A DNA stretch of 64,000 nucleotides from an uncultured Verrucomicrobia subdivision 3 bacterium (GTDB taxonomy: Bacteria; Verrucomicrobiota; Verrucomicrobiia; Limisphaerales; UBA11358): contig CAIWFB010000194.1 in NCBI GenBank assembly GCA_903911825.1, positions 2,070 to 66,069 on the forward strand. Direction: 5' to 3'. Below, piece by piece: positions 10,464 to 18,425 of the stretch (its first letter is position 1; every line of letters begins with the position of its first letter). Under the pieces are notes generated by a model that worked only from the letters and a program-made list of their open reading frames with translations, was not told the DNA's origin and did no database searches. The translations under genes and the position numbers were made by a program.

Positions 10464-10539
10464 GTTCAGGGTTGTCGGACTCGGGTCCAACAAGGTTTCA
10501 TCGGCTAACCCTGAAAACGACTGAAGGAAAAACTCTGCC

Positions 10540-11934
10540 TCACGCCGCGCCCAGCAGATAATCTTCCAGCCGCGTGTGGCGAATGACGTTGCGCACGGCC
10601 GCCGTGGGATTCTTGAACTGCAGATTCAGGTCGCGGCGCTTGAGATTCTTTTTGAAGCGCAACATCAGGCCGATGCCTGTGCTGTCCACGAACGTCACGC
10701 GCGATAGCTCGATCACTACCGTCATGCCCGCCGTGGCCTGCGTCAGCTCGGATTCCGTGTAGGCGCCGAGTTCCACCGCGTTGAGCGCCGTGACTTCGCC
10801 GGACCAGCGGATGGATAATTCCTTCTCCTGCACCCCGCTCGTCACCACCGGCGCGCGGGCGGCGCTTTCCATGAGAATACGCGCCCCTTGCACGCTGGCT
10901 TGCACCGTGAAAAATTCCTCCAGCTTCATCAGCTTCAAGGCGGCCTCCACGGCGGGCTTGGGCGAAACGAGGAAAAATTGATAGCCCAACTCCCGCGCGC
11001 GGCGACGTAGCTTGATGAGAATGCCCACGCCCGTGCTATCCACGAACGTCGTCGCCGATAGATCAAACATCACGTGGCCGCTCTCCACCGCGCGCAACCA
11101 TTCCGCCTGATACGTGCTCGCTTCCGCTGCGCCTAATTGCTCCGGCGCGCGAATGACCAGATTGCCGAATGGATCGGGAATCACTTCTGCTTTCGCCGCC
11201 GCCGCCGCTTTTAATTTCTTTTTGCCGCGCAATTGCCAGCGTTGGCGCACCACGGCGGCGTTGAATTTCCACGAATCGCTCCACGAAACTTCCTTGGCCT
11301 TGCCCACCGTGCCCGTGAGAAAATCAAACGTCATGCCCGCGCCCAGCGTGAAGGGCACGCCCGACTCGCGGTAATTCATGTTGATCCACTTCTCCTGTTT
11401 GGGACAACCGAAGGCCACGAGCAAAATATCCGGCTTGGCCTCGCGCAACCGGCGCAGGATGTCGCCGTGATCCATCTCCAGCAACGGCGCTTCCGGTGGC
11501 GAATAGACGCCTACGAGATTCAATTGGGGATGCCGCGAACGGATCTTTTCTCCGACGGCCGCGTCCGTGTCCGCGCCGCCGAGCAGAAAGACGCGCCAGC
11601 CGTTCTTCTCCGCCAGCGCGAGCAATTGCGGGATCAGGTTCGCCGCCGTCACGCAGCCGGGCAGCGGATTGCCGAGCATCCGCGAGGCGCGGACGACGGG
11701 CGTTTCTTCGGCCAGAATCAGATGCGCATCGAACAGGATGCGGCGGAGCTCCACGTCTTCCAGCGCGGCGGAGAGGAAATTCACGCCCACCGTGGTGGCG
11801 TAATGCGGCTGGCGCGAGCCGATCATCTCGGCGGCCAACGCGAGGACATCCGCCAGCGTGACGTTATCAAACGGCACGCCGAGAATGGCGATCGGGCTGC
11901 GATCCAATTTATTTACGATGTTATTCGCCTGCAT
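10540..11934 (-). CDS. WecB/TagA/CpsF-family glycosyltransferase fused to two C-terminal STAS domains
   Basis: The N-terminal ~230 aa match the WecB/TagA/CpsF pattern (ILGVPFDNVTL..., FLLGG, VAFGCPKQEKWI). Two STAS domains follow, each with the phosphorylatable DSTG motif (TFVDSTGVGILIKL and TFVDSTGIGLMLRF). I set the start at the ATG at 11934; the track ORF starts at a TTG at 11973. Confidence 0.8.
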   Translation of the reverse strand: MQANNIVNKLDRSPIAILGVPFDNVTLADVLALAAEMIGSRQPHYATTVGVNFLSAALEDVELRRILFDAHLILAEETPVVRASRMLGNPLPGCVTAANLIPQLLALAEKNGWRVFLLGGADTDAAVGEKIRSRHPQLNLVGVYSPPEAPLLEMDHGDILRRLREAKPDILLVAFGCPKQEKWINMNYRESGVPFTLGAGMTFDFLTGTVGKAKEVSWSDSWKFNAAVVRQRWQLRGKKKLKAAAAAKAEVIPDPFGNLVIRAPEQLGAAEASTYQAEWLRAVESGHVMFDLSATTFVDSTGVGILIKLRRRARELGYQFFLVSPKPAVEAALKLMKLEEFFTVQASVQGARILMESAARAPVVTSGVQEKELSIRWSGEVTALNAVELGAYTESELTQATAGMTVVIELSRVTFVDSTGIGLMLRFKKNLKRRDLNLQFKNPTAAVRNVIRHTRLEDYLLGAA

Positions 11935-12000
11935 CACTGAATGAAAAGTAGCAGCGCCCGCCGTGAAGTCCAAGCTTGGAAACTAAGCCGATTTTGCCCA

Positions 12001-12080
12001 GTAGCAGCCGACGTGAGTCGGCTCGGAAATTTCTTGGTGCGCGACGAGGGATGAATGAGCGGACGCACGTCCGCTGCTAC
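12001..12080. repeat. Inverted pair of 24-nt REP-like hairpin units
   Basis: Unit 1 is GTAGCAGCCGACGTGAGTCGGCTC (12001-12024, + strand). The reverse complement of 12057-12080 reads GTAGCAGCGGACGTGCGTCCGCTC. Each unit is itself a hairpin. The pair sits just after the stop of the PEP-CTERM gene. Confidence 0.5.
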
Positions 12081-12084
12081 AGCC

Positions 12085-12741
12085 TTAGGCGGCTCCGCGA
12101 TTTTTCCAGCGCCAACCGCCGACCAGCAAGGCGCTCAAGCCCAGCAAACTCCAAACGCCCGGTTCGGGAACGGCGACGGTGGAGAATTGGATATTGTCGA
12201 GGATGCCACCGGTTTGAGCGGGAGTTCTAAAAAGTATTTCTCCCGTTTGGCCAGCGTAAGACGAAATATCGGCCCCATAAATCGTGTAGCTTCCAGTCGT
12301 GCCGATTACAGCAAACGACAGTGCCTGATTGTTGAATGTAATTTGCATTCCACCAATGCTTCCCAAAAAAATCAGGGACTGAGCCGAAAAGGGAATCAGA
12401 CCGGTCTGACCAATGGCGGCGCTATGTGCTCCGCCCACTGAGCCACCTTGTAGGAACATGAAATATTTTCCCTGAACTGGCGGGTAACTTACTGGGTTAT
12501 TCGTGCCATAAATATTAATAACGGGTCCGCCAAGACTATAACCATTGGAAACAATGTAGGTATCAGCAAATCCATCGTAGTAAGGAATCCAACCAGGAAT
12601 TGCATTCGTGGCGGATACGGTGCCGCCAAGCCGCCCAGCAGTAAATGTAGCACTCTCAAAATTCAGATTCACAAACCCCTGCGCCTGCACCATCACCACA
12701 CTCACTTGCAGCCAGATCAAAATGAATAGTTTAGTTTTCAT
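12085..12741 (-). CDS. PEP-CTERM sorting-domain secreted protein
   Basis: It has a signal peptide (MKTKLFILIWLQVSVVMVQAQG) and the C-terminal motif VPEPGVWSLLGLSALLVGGWRWKNR (PEP, then TM, then a basic tail). By eye it is more A+T-rich than its neighbours. Confidence 0.8.
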   Translation of the reverse strand: MKTKLFILIWLQVSVVMVQAQGFVNLNFESATFTAGRLGGTVSATNAIPGWIPYYDGFADTYIVSNGYSLGGPVINIYGTNNPVSYPPVQGKYFMFLQGGSVGGAHSAAIGQTGLIPFSAQSLIFLGSIGGMQITFNNQALSFAVIGTTGSYTIYGADISSYAGQTGEILFRTPAQTGGILDNIQFSTVAVPEPGVWSLLGLSALLVGGWRWKNRGAA

Positions 12742-12784
12742 ACGTCAGTTCATTTTCCCCGCAGTTCACGGGATAGCTTAACCT

Positions 12785-13174
12785 TTAACTTTGCTCCGAG
12801 CCCAGCAATTTCTGCACTTCGCCCAGCAGTTGATTCGGACTGAATGGCTTGGCCAGAAAGAGCGCGGCGCCGGAAGCTTCGGCTTCCACTTTGGTCAGCG
12901 CGTGGCCTTTGGCGGTGAGCACCACCACGGGAATGGCGCGCGTGGCGGGATTTTCCTTCAACTGCCGCAGTGCGCCCAAGCCGTCCAGCCCCGGCATCAT
13001 CACATCCAGCACGATGAGCTGCGGCAATTGCGCGCTGGCGGCGGCGAGCGCTTCGCGGCCATCGCGGCAACTGATGACTTGGTAGCCGCCTTTTTTGAAG
13101 GTCATCTCCAGCAGCCGCAACATGTAGATCTCGTCGTCGGCCAACAGCACTTTTTTCGGTTCGGTCGGGTTCAT
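12785..13174 (-). CDS. Single-domain response regulator (CheY-like receiver)
   Basis: The 129-aa product has the receiver residues: LLADDE, the phospho-acceptor Asp in LIVLDVMMPGLDG, VVVLTAKG and LAKPF. It overlaps the upstream gene by ATGA. Confidence 0.9.
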   Translation of the reverse strand: MNPTEPKKVLLADDEIYMLRLLEMTFKKGGYQVISCRDGREALAAASAQLPQLIVLDVMMPGLDGLGALRQLKENPATRAIPVVVLTAKGHALTKVEAEASGAALFLAKPFSPNQLLGEVQKLLGSEQS

Positions 13175-14949
13175 GTCAGGTTTCGGATGAAAAGGAACGT
13201 CTGGTCATCGGCCAACGGCGCCTCGCCGCGAAACGCCGCCAGTCGGGCGAGCAACGCTTGCTTGCCGGTGATGGCGTCGCGCGTTTGCGCGGCGGCTTCG
13301 GCGAACAGGCGGGTCAATTTATTTTCCGCGAGCATTTCACCGGTGGCATTGCGGAGTTCGCTCAAGCCATCGGTGTAAAGCAACGCCGCCGCGCCCGCCG
13401 CGAGCGCGGTGACCGTCTGCGGATACGTCGTGTCGGGTTCGATGCCGAGCGGAAAACCCGCGCTGCCGGGCGCGACGGCATCGGCTTCGCCCGCGCGCCA
13501 CACGAGCAATGGACAATGCCCGGCGCTGGCGGAGATGAGTTCGGCGCGGGCGGGATTCACATAAACCACTTTGGCGGTGATGAACATGTCCACGCGCGAC
13601 AGGTCGGGGAAGAGAATGCGATTGGCAGCGGCGAGCAATTCGCCCGGCGCGGAAAATAATTGGGGCATCGAACGAACGGTGCTGCGCAGCACGGCGGCGA
13701 AGAGCGCGGCGGGCACGCCTTTGCCCATGACATCGGCGATGACCAACAACACCGCGCCGTCGCTCGCAGGAATGGCATCGTAAAAATCACCCCCGACCTG
13801 ACGGGCACTTTCGCACGACGCGGCCAGCGCGAACGGCGGGCACGCGGGCAAATGCGCGGGGAGCAGCGAGCGTTGGATGTCGGCCGCAATCTGCAATTCC
13901 CGCTGCGTGACCTGCGTGCGCGTGCGGTCGTCGAGCAGGCGGGCATTGACGATCTGGATCGCGAAGAAATCGATGAACGAGTGGAGCAAGTTCACTTGCG
14001 CCGCCGTGAAAGGACGTTCCGCCGCGCGTCGCCCGAGTGTGGCGGTGCCGACGAGCTGATCCGCCACAAAAAACGCGTGGCAAACGCCATGGCCCAAGGG
14101 CATCAACGCACGGAGCGGGTCGCCTTCCGGCAGCGGTTCTTCGGGCCCGAACCAGATATCCTGGTGATTCCGCGCGGCACCAACTTCAGCAGCAGCGGAA
14201 TTTTTCCCCAACGCCACGGGCGGCAACTTGGCTCCGGTTTCCGGCGCGGAAAAAACCGTTTCCAATTGCGAGCCATCAGCGGAAACCAGGCGCAACACAG
14301 CGGCATCGGCTTCGGCGATCTGCATGAGATCGCGCAAGAGGCGCGGGGCGAATTCGCCCAAATCCGTCTGCACACCGAGCTCGGCACTGTAACGGAACAT
14401 GGCCACGAGACTTTCGTAGCTGGACGCCAGCTCGGCAGTCATCTCGGTCAGCGCGGTTTCGGCGTCGGCGAGTTTCTGCTGCAACTGGCTGACGTCGGGA
14501 AATAATTCATGGCCGCCCGCAGGCCGAGCGCGGCGCAGCACCAAAACATTTTCGGCCAAGCCGCGCAGATAGAAAATTTTATCCGTCAACGATTCCATCA
14601 AGTAGAGGCCGCGACCGTGCTCGGCGTCTTCTTCCGGCAACTTGATTTCCGTGGGCCACTCGAAGCCGGCAGTGTGATCGGTCACGCGCACTTCGATGTC
14701 GCGGGCACCACAGGAAACTTCGATGGCTACAGGAGATTTCCGCGCCTCGGGGCTGGCGTATTTGACGGCGTTGTTGGCCGCCTCGACGAGCGCGAGTTCC
14801 CACGCGCCCAGCTCGGCTTCGTTCAAACCGCGTTCCGCCAGCCAGCGGCCGACCTGCTGCGTGGCCCCGCGCACGGCGATAAATTCGCACGGAATTTCCA
14901 GGCGCAACACGATCCGATGGTCGGCATTGGGGCTGTTGGCGGCACTCAT
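13171..14949 (-). CDS. Fusion protein: RsbW-like HATPase (anti-sigma serine kinase type) + GAF + PP2C/SpoIIE phosphatase
   Basis: The N-terminus reads ELALVEAANNAVKYA...VTDHTAGF...GRGLYLM (HATPase_c_2 type). The centre is GAF-like. The C-terminus has PP2C motifs (GGDFYD, VIADVMGKGVPAA, TDGLSE, DDQTFL). I set the start at the ATG at 14949, which makes an ATGA overlap with the upstream kinase stop; the longer track ORF has an Arg-rich, implausible leader. Confidence 0.85.
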   Translation of the reverse strand: MSAANSPNADHRIVLRLEIPCEFIAVRGATQQVGRWLAERGLNEAELGAWELALVEAANNAVKYASPEARKSPVAIEVSCGARDIEVRVTDHTAGFEWPTEIKLPEEDAEHGRGLYLMESLTDKIFYLRGLAENVLVLRRARPAGGHELFPDVSQLQQKLADAETALTEMTAELASSYESLVAMFRYSAELGVQTDLGEFAPRLLRDLMQIAEADAAVLRLVSADGSQLETVFSAPETGAKLPPVALGKNSAAAEVGAARNHQDIWFGPEEPLPEGDPLRALMPLGHGVCHAFFVADQLVGTATLGRRAAERPFTAAQVNLLHSFIDFFAIQIVNARLLDDRTRTQVTQRELQIAADIQRSLLPAHLPACPPFALAASCESARQVGGDFYDAIPASDGAVLLVIADVMGKGVPAALFAAVLRSTVRSMPQLFSAPGELLAAANRILFPDLSRVDMFITAKVVYVNPARAELISASAGHCPLLVWRAGEADAVAPGSAGFPLGIEPDTTYPQTVTALAAGAAALLYTDGLSELRNATGEMLAENKLTRLFAEAAAQTRDAITGKQALLARLAAFRGEAPLADDQTFLFIRNLT

Positions 14950-17900
14950 AAGCGCGTTTGTTGACGAAGCCAGTGCTGAAGTTTTTCCGCCGCGCCCGGG
15001 GTTTGCGCGGAAATTTTTTCCAGTTCTCGAATCACTCGTTGGGCGTCGCGGCCTTCGGACGCATCTTCGACGGCGAGGAATAATTCGCCTAGCGCATTCA
15101 GGCCGAACAAGCGCGCCAAGCCTTTGAGCGAATGCGCGGCGCGCTGCAATTCGGGCCATTGTTCATCAACATGCAAGCGGTTGAGTTCGGACAGTCGCTC
15201 GGGTAATTCCGCCAGAAAATCACTGGCCATTTCCACAACGGATTGGCGATCCAGTTCGGTGCACAGTTGTTCGAGTCGCGTGGGATTGAAGTCCTCGTGC
15301 GAACCATCATCGGCGGGCACGGCGGCGAGGAGCGCCTGGTAAAGTTGCTGCGCGGTGAACGGCTTGGCGAGGTAATCGTCCATGCCCGCCGCGAGGCAAC
15401 GCTCGCGTTCGCCGACAAGCGCGTTGGCGGTGAGGGCGATGATGCGGACGTGGCGCTGGGGATTTTTCTCGGCTTCGATTTTGCGAATGGCGGCGGTGGC
15501 TTCGAGGCCGTCGAGCTCGGGCATGTTGCAATCCATGAGCACGGCATCAAATTCGCCGAGAATGAAACGATCCACGACTTCGCGACCGTTCACGGTCCAA
15601 TCCGCTTTGGCGCCGAAGGACGCGAGCATCAATTGGCCGAGCTTGCGGTTGAAAGGATGATCTTCCGCCGCGAGAATTTTTAGTCCGGAAATGGGCGTTT
15701 GCACCGCGCCGCTGGGGTCGCGGCGGCGGAGCTCGGTTTCCGTGACGGGCGTCGCGGGGCGGATGGCTTCAACTTTCTCGCGGAGCACGAGGCTGACGAG
15801 CGCGTTGAAAAACGGTTCTTCTTTGGCTGGCTTGAGCAAGACGCTGGCAAAACTGGCGATCTCTTTTTCATCCGCTCCGACACTGGCGGTGGGGCTGGAG
15901 AGCAAAATGAATTGCACCTGTTCGCGGCTCGCCACGATCAGATCGCGCAACTCGGCGCCGCCGGTGATGAGCATTTCATCGTCCAGCAACACCACGGGAA
16001 TCGGCGCGGTGCGCGAGCCGTGTTGGAGTTCGCGAAACAGTTCCGGCACGGTGGTGGTGGCCCGATTTTCCACGCCCCAACCGCGCAGTTGTTCGCCGAG
16101 GGATTCACGCAGATTCGCACTGGTGGCAGCGATCAAAACGCGCAAAAAAACCAGGCCGGGAAAATTGTGAGGTAACGGCGCGGTCGCAGCGGGGGCCAAC
16201 GGTAATTCAAACCAGAAGGTGGAACCCGCGCCGCTGGTGCTGGTCACGCCGATCTTGCCGCCCATCAATTCCACGATTTTACGGGAAATGGCGAGGCCGA
16301 GGCCGGTGCCGCCAAATTTCCGCGACGACGAGGTGTCGGCCTGCGTGAACGGCTGAAATAATTTTTTGATCTGTTCGGCCGTCAAGCCGATGCCGGTGTC
16401 GGTGACTTCAAAGCGCAAATTAATCTTGCCCGGCAAGGCGAGCAGTGATTCCACGCGCACGGTGACTTCGCCGTGCTCGGTGAATTTCACGCCGTTGCCG
16501 ACGAGGTTGAGCAGCACTTGTCGCAAGCGCGCGGCGTCGCCGACCACGCGAGCGGGCACGGTGCGTTGGACGATAGCGGTGAGGCCAAGCGATTTTCCAG
16601 GCTCGCGCGAAACGGAATTTTCCAGCACGCTATCAATGACGGCGCGCAGGGAAAACTCCTCCTGCGCGATATTCATTTTCCCCGCTTCAATTTTGGAAAA
16701 ATCGAGGACGTCGTTGATGACAAGGAGCAGAGAATTGGCGCTCTCGGCGGCGGCGCTGGCGAATTCGCGCTGGCGCGGGTCGAGACGCGTCTGGGTGAGC
16801 AGCTCAATCATGCCGAGAATGCCGGTGAGCGGCGTGCGAATCTCGTGGCTCATGTTCGCGAGAAATTCGCTCTTGGCGGCGTTCGCCCGATTAGCCTGCT
16901 CGGCGGCGGCGCTGGATTCATTCGCGGCGAACTGCAACTGGCGATTCACCTGTTCGAGCGCGGCCTTGGCTTCCTGCAAAGCGAGTTCCGCTTTTTTGCG
17001 CGGCGTGATGTTCTGGATGACGGCTTGAAATTCAGCGACTTTATCCGCGCTGGAATCGAGGCGACGCAAATTATATTGCTGCCATTCAATGTGGCCATCG
17101 GCAGCTTCGGCACGCCGATCGAAATTCAGCACCGGCTTTTCCTCGGGCAACTGGATGATGTGTTCCTGAAGCGTCCGCGCTTCGTTTTTGACGAGGTCGT
17201 GGTAGAAATTGGTGCCGAGTAATTCCGCCTCCAACTTGCCGTGGAACCGACAGAATGCCGGATTTACAAAGGTGATTTGGCCGTCGGGCCGAAAGCGGCA
17301 GATCAAATCTTCCTGGTCCGCGACGACCGCGCGCAGCCGTTTTTCGTTTTGCACCAGGTCCCGCTGAGCGCGGCGGCGCTCCGCAGCGGCGGCGGCGAGG
17401 AGGAGATTGGAAATCGCCAAAATGCCGATGTAGCTACCGACGAGCCGCAGGCTGTTGGCTTCATTGCCCGTCACGAACGGCCCGCTGCCCTGTTTCAGTG
17501 AATAGATCGCCAGCGTGGCGACGACTACCGTGCTCGTCGCCGCACCGCGCGGGCCAAAACGCAGCGCGCTCCACACTAGAAAGGGATAAGGCAGATAAGC
17601 CAGCGGATATTGTTGCGGCCCATAAACAAACCAGGTGTCGAACGCCAACAAGGTGCCGCCCACCAAGCCCGCCGCGCAGACCAAGGCTTCGAGACTACGA
17701 ACTAAATTCAAGCGCACCGAGGACGGCGCAGCCCACGTAATGAGGACCGGCGTGATCACCAGCGATGCCAAAGCGTTCGGCACCCACCAGGCTAACGTCA
17801 CCGGAAAAATGGCATCCCACGGAATTTTGCCGGCATACGCCAAGCCCACCGCCGTGAAACAGGCATTGACCGTGGTGCCGAGCACGCTCGCCAGCAGGAT

Positions 17901-18269
17901 GTAGCCCACCGCATCGCGCGTTTGCTCCATCGCATTATCGAAATTCACGAAGCGCTTCAGCAGATACGCACAGATGATCGCGCCAAAGGTGTTACCCAGC
18001 ACCAGGCCCAGCGTGGACAGACCCAGCGGGGCGCCACTCATGAAAGAAACTAAAACCACGCCCAGCGCGATCCCCGGCCAGTAGCCGTAGCCAAAAATGA
18101 GAATCGCTGCGAGCGCCACACCGGCGGCGGGCATCACTAATTGAGTGCTCCCAGCCAGAAAGGCGGCCTCCCGACCGAGCAACCCGCCCATAAAATAAAG
18201 CGCCATCAGCATCACCACGCGCGTAGCGGTGGTCAGGTGCGATTTTTGGGGGCGGTTCACGACGCCCAT
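14946..18269 (-). CDS. Hybrid sensor histidine kinase (MASE1 membrane domain-PAS-HisKA-HATPase-degenerate REC-REC-Hpt)
   Basis: The 1107-aa product has a multi-TM MASE1-like N-terminus, a PAS domain (FVNPAFCRFHG), an H-box (FLANMSHEIRTPL), G-boxes (DTGIGL, GGTGLGLAIS), a receiver (AVLMDCNMPELDG...LAKPF) and an Hpt (AAHSLKGLARLFG). Confidence 0.9.
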   Translation of the reverse strand: MGVVNRPQKSHLTTATRVVMLMALYFMGGLLGREAAFLAGSTQLVMPAAGVALAAILIFGYGYWPGIALGVVLVSFMSGAPLGLSTLGLVLGNTFGAIICAYLLKRFVNFDNAMEQTRDAVGYILLASVLGTTVNACFTAVGLAYAGKIPWDAIFPVTLAWWVPNALASLVITPVLITWAAPSSVRLNLVRSLEALVCAAGLVGGTLLAFDTWFVYGPQQYPLAYLPYPFLVWSALRFGPRGAATSTVVVATLAIYSLKQGSGPFVTGNEANSLRLVGSYIGILAISNLLLAAAAAERRRAQRDLVQNEKRLRAVVADQEDLICRFRPDGQITFVNPAFCRFHGKLEAELLGTNFYHDLVKNEARTLQEHIIQLPEEKPVLNFDRRAEAADGHIEWQQYNLRRLDSSADKVAEFQAVIQNITPRKKAELALQEAKAALEQVNRQLQFAANESSAAAEQANRANAAKSEFLANMSHEIRTPLTGILGMIELLTQTRLDPRQREFASAAAESANSLLLVINDVLDFSKIEAGKMNIAQEEFSLRAVIDSVLENSVSREPGKSLGLTAIVQRTVPARVVGDAARLRQVLLNLVGNGVKFTEHGEVTVRVESLLALPGKINLRFEVTDTGIGLTAEQIKKLFQPFTQADTSSSRKFGGTGLGLAISRKIVELMGGKIGVTSTSGAGSTFWFELPLAPAATAPLPHNFPGLVFLRVLIAATSANLRESLGEQLRGWGVENRATTTVPELFRELQHGSRTAPIPVVLLDDEMLITGGAELRDLIVASREQVQFILLSSPTASVGADEKEIASFASVLLKPAKEEPFFNALVSLVLREKVEAIRPATPVTETELRRRDPSGAVQTPISGLKILAAEDHPFNRKLGQLMLASFGAKADWTVNGREVVDRFILGEFDAVLMDCNMPELDGLEATAAIRKIEAEKNPQRHVRIIALTANALVGERERCLAAGMDDYLAKPFTAQQLYQALLAAVPADDGSHEDFNPTRLEQLCTELDRQSVVEMASDFLAELPERLSELNRLHVDEQWPELQRAAHSLKGLARLFGLNALGELFLAVEDASEGRDAQRVIRELEKISAQTPGAAEKLQHWLRQQTRL

Positions 18270-18425
18270 TTTTTAGCACGCTTCATTCAGCGAGCCTAGC
18301 GGGAAGTTGTCATTCATCTACCGCGGAAAATTTACTGAAGACGGAAAAATTATTTACCTGCGCGGCGGCAACTGGCATTGTCTCCGCGAGGATTCGGATC
18401 GCGGACTGCCAAAATTATTTTTGCC

